Below are positions 61,001-64,000 of a DNA stretch of 64,000 nt, piece after piece. The position numbers were made by a program, and so were the translations under genes. The stretch's first letter is position 1. Every line of letters begins with the position of its first letter. This stretch comes from Amphiscolops sp. MND2022. Its lineage: Eukaryota. The notes beneath the pieces were generated by a model. That model was given only the letters and a program-made list of their open reading frames with translations. It was not told the origin of the DNA and searched no databases. The stretch covers positions 66,404,001 to 66,468,000 of the forward strand of contig OZ076409.1 in the NCBI GenBank assembly GCA_964187785.1. The letters are read 5' to 3'.

Positions 61001-63560
61001 TTACTGTTGCGGTGATTGTAGATGTTCTTTGGTTTCGATAACTTTATTGGAATCAGCGCCTTTATTGAGCTTCACTTTTTGACCGAATTTTTCTGGGAGT
61101 TTGAAAGGGAAGTCGGATGTTTTTAGAAAGTCTGGTCCTGTCAGCGAACCACTGTTCAAAAGATCAGTTGCAGACATTCCACGTGTGCCCGCATCAGCCG
61201 GATTGTGAGCTGTAGGGACGTAGTGCCACTCATCAACAGTTGGTATGTCTTGAATCTCGCATACTCGGTTCGCAACAAAGGTGGGTTGCTTTTCCAAAGA
61301 AGTTAACCACTGAAGCACAGTTGAACTATCGCGCCACATGAAAGTTCTGTCTATCTTCAAAGACAGTGCACGGAGGACCTCGGCGTGAAGTCGTGCTGCA
61401 AGTAATGCGGCTTGTAGCTCTAACCTTGGAACAGTTAGTGCCTTCATAGGAGCCACTCTTGCTTTTCCAAAGACGAAAGCTAGCTGCGTCACAACACCGT
61501 GGTCGTTTATTAGTTTTCCTCGCAAGAAAGCGACTGCGCTGAAAGCATCTTGTGAGCTATCACCAAACACGTGTAGCTCAATCGTCTCAACAGTTTGACA
61601 GAAGTAATTTCTTGGTATGGTAATTTCATTCAGAGTTGACAACTCTCTGCTCCATTCCAAGAAATTTGTTACAATTTCGTCTGGCAAGTTGTCGTCCCAC
61701 TGCTGGCCACTGAGCCTCCAAATGTCTTTCAAAAGCAGGCGCGCTTTGATGGTGAACGGCGCGACGAGACCAATTGGGTCGTATACAGCGGATACCAAAC
61801 TCAGAACAACCCTTTGAGTGACATTTCGGTCGGTGTTTGGACTTGTTCCTCTGCTAACAACTAGGGTGTCTGTTGAGTGATTCCATTTCATTCCAAGAAC
61901 GTGCGAGAATTTCTCCGCAGTCGGAATCTCTTTCTCTTCCGTGATTCTGGTGTCGCTGTTCGGATCTACTTCGATGGGGATGCTTGGTACATTAGACACG
62001 AACTTTGTCAGTTTAAACCCTCCCAAAGCAAGCATTTTAACAAGATCCTTCGCTTTGTTTGAGGCTTCGATAGCTGGACTTGATTCGAGGTAATCGTCCA
62101 TATAAAAGTTGTTGTGGATGCTTCGTGCTGCATCTGGAAAGTTGGCTTGGTTATCTGTGGCAGTCCGTTTCAATGCGTAGTTAGCGCAAGTTGGCGAATC
62201 TTTGGAGCCGAAAATATGCCGAACATACTCCAAAACAGCAACTTCAGCTGCTGGGTGCTCCCGCCACAAAAATCGAAGTGATGGTCTGTCACGTGGGATA
62301 ACTCCAACTTGGAGAAACATTCCTTCGATGTCTGCAGATACAGCAAAAGGATATTGACGGAAACGGAAAAGAATGTGGATTAGGCTCTGTAGCAAATCTG
62401 GTCCTGCTAGAAGAGCACTATTCAAGGACTGACCATGAAATTTTCCGGCTCCATTAAGAACCCTACGGACTTTGCCAGGCTTGTGAGGATGCACGACCGG
62501 ATGGTGCGGTAAATACCATTCCCGGGGCTGGTCTACTTTAAAACAATCGGTTTTGTCCACTTGAACAATATAGCCTTTCGAGAAATCGTCGCTAATTGTT
62601 TTCGTATAACTGGTTTTCAAATCAGCATCTTTTTGAAGACGGCGCTCTAGCGATTTCAGTTGAATAAGTGCAGAAAAATAATTGTTCGGTAAACAACTTT
62701 CGTCGTCGGCCCACAACTTACCCACTTGGTATCGGGACCCATCGTGGTATGTTGTTTCATCAAGTATCTTTGTCGCTCTCGCGTCGGTTGCAGAACGGGA
62801 ATCCACTTGTTTGTACGCGCCGTACGACTCAATGTCGTACCAGCTTCGGAGTCGGTCAGAGAGTGTACAATCGTGCTCTTTCTGAGTTACAGCTTTGAAG
62901 CATGTCGAAAATAGACCCGTGGTCGACGGAAGGGGTCCACTCAGTACCCAGCCCAACGGTAAACGGACGGCAACTGGGGTATTTCGGCGGTCGGATTCGA
63001 AATACTCCAGTGGGCGGATAGCGTGGAAAACGTCCTGACCAAGAATCATTTTCACATCTGTGTAGCTGTACTTCCTAAGAGCGATTGGTTCTAAGTGTGG
63101 ATAGCGAGTCTTCAAATCATCTACGTCAATCACATCATTTCCAATAGTCAATTGATCTCGCACATAAGGTTTGACAGTAAAGGAGGAGCAAGAGCTACCC
63201 GAATGAACCGGTGTCAACTTGAGCTCGACCATTTGAGTGTCAACAACCTTATTGGAGTTAATTCCGTGTACAGTCAGTTTGGTCGGCGTGCCGCGCACGT
63301 CAAGTTTGTCAGCTAGCTCGGAGGAAATCCAAGAATGGCTACACGCTGAGTCGCACAAAACTAAGACTTTTGCAGATTTCTCAGAAGTTTGCACTTCCAC
63401 TTCCGTTATTTGTAATAATCCTTTCACATCAGAGATGGAAGGGAGGCATGAGGTGACTTCGTCTTTCTTTTGGATCGCTGTCGTTACGCTACAAGTAGTT
63501 GCTTCACTATTGCCCGCTTTCCCAGATTCAGATTTTCTCGGGAAAATCTTCTGCACCATG
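61001..63560 (-). pseudogene. BEL/Pao protease-RT-RNase H region
   Basis: VLCDSAC, WYLPHHPV, ADIEGMFLQV, FYMDDYL, YDPIG, LHVFGDSS, VPRLELQAA, NPADAGTRG. Confidence 0.92.
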
Positions 63561-63998
63561 TAGCAAAGTGTTGTGCGTACTTCCACAGCCATCTTTGGTG
63601 CATTTGCGTGGCAGGGGGCAATTGCGGAAAGAGTGTTGTCCATTAAAGCATGAGAAACAAAGTTTGTTCTCGGCAACAACTTTTGCTCGTTCTGTTGGAG
63701 TCTTCTTTCTGAACACTTGACATCGCCACAACGGATGCTTATCTTTGCAAACTACACAATCAACTTGGAATTTCTGGGTAGACGGCTTGGTTGCGAAGAA
63801 AGTTTTAGTGGAAGTTGTTGTTGCAGCGAACACTTTAGAATTGGTCTTGGTTTTCGTTACGTTTCCGGTTGGAGTTTCTTCAACTTTTGGTTTTCCTGAG
63901 GAAGCTTTTATCCTCTCGTGAGCTTCGGCTTTGTCCTTCAGCCAATTATTGAAGTCAATCAGAGTCGGTCGGCTCAAATCTCGCTTCACCGTATGCAT
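63528..63998 (-). pseudogene. BEL/Pao gag C-terminus with three zinc knuckles
   Basis: CVVCKDKHPLWRC, CFSCFNGQHSFRNC, CTKDGCGSTHNTLLH. Confidence 0.9.
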
Positions 63999-64000
63999 TG

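Larger units (their letters stand above)
59052..64000 (-). mobile_element. BEL/Pao LTR retrotransposon (continues beyond the window); gag-pol broken by two frameshifts
   Basis: Gag triple Cys-His knuckles, protease, RT, RNase H and integrase in PR-RT-RH-IN order; frame breaks near 63550 and 61020. Confidence 0.95.

Noticed and set aside
63528..63679. Programmed gag-pol ribosomal frameshift
   Set aside because: BEL/Pao elements typically encode one ORF, and a second break near 61020 points to mutational decay or sequencing indels.

Overview
AT-rich, repeat-dense eukaryotic (invertebrate animal) DNA with spliceosomal introns and no prokaryotic features; the taxon cannot be established from the sequence alone. 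Host genes are few: a terminal PDZ-domain exon (~3.5 kb), an intronless orphan with a permuted papain-like (LRAT/PPPDE-like) motif and C-terminal TM helix (8.6-9.3 kb), FAM91A1 with an intron-free CDS (34.3-36.8 kb) and three-exon TMEM33 (38.7-40.8 kb). The rest is largely transposon-derived: a decayed Tc1/mariner (DD37E-like) copy, two CR1/L2-type LINEs, CRE-like non-LTR fragments, several hAT elements (one with an intact transposase nested inside a related hAT), a frameshifted BEL/Pao retrotransposon with its 3' LTR, many foldback MITEs with 7-9 bp TSDs, and two Helentron/HINE-like families carrying tRNA-like boxes. There are three kb-scale tandem duplications and a 958-bp tandem repeat. The most unusual observations are two structured ~150-190 bp modules, each shared by three MITEs with unrelated termini (one MITE is an apparent chimera); tRNA-like sequences inside both HINE families and a BEL LTR; and splice acceptors 4-8 nt upstream of the start codon of all four genes whose start is visible. 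All family calls come from motif recognition by eye, not from database searches.
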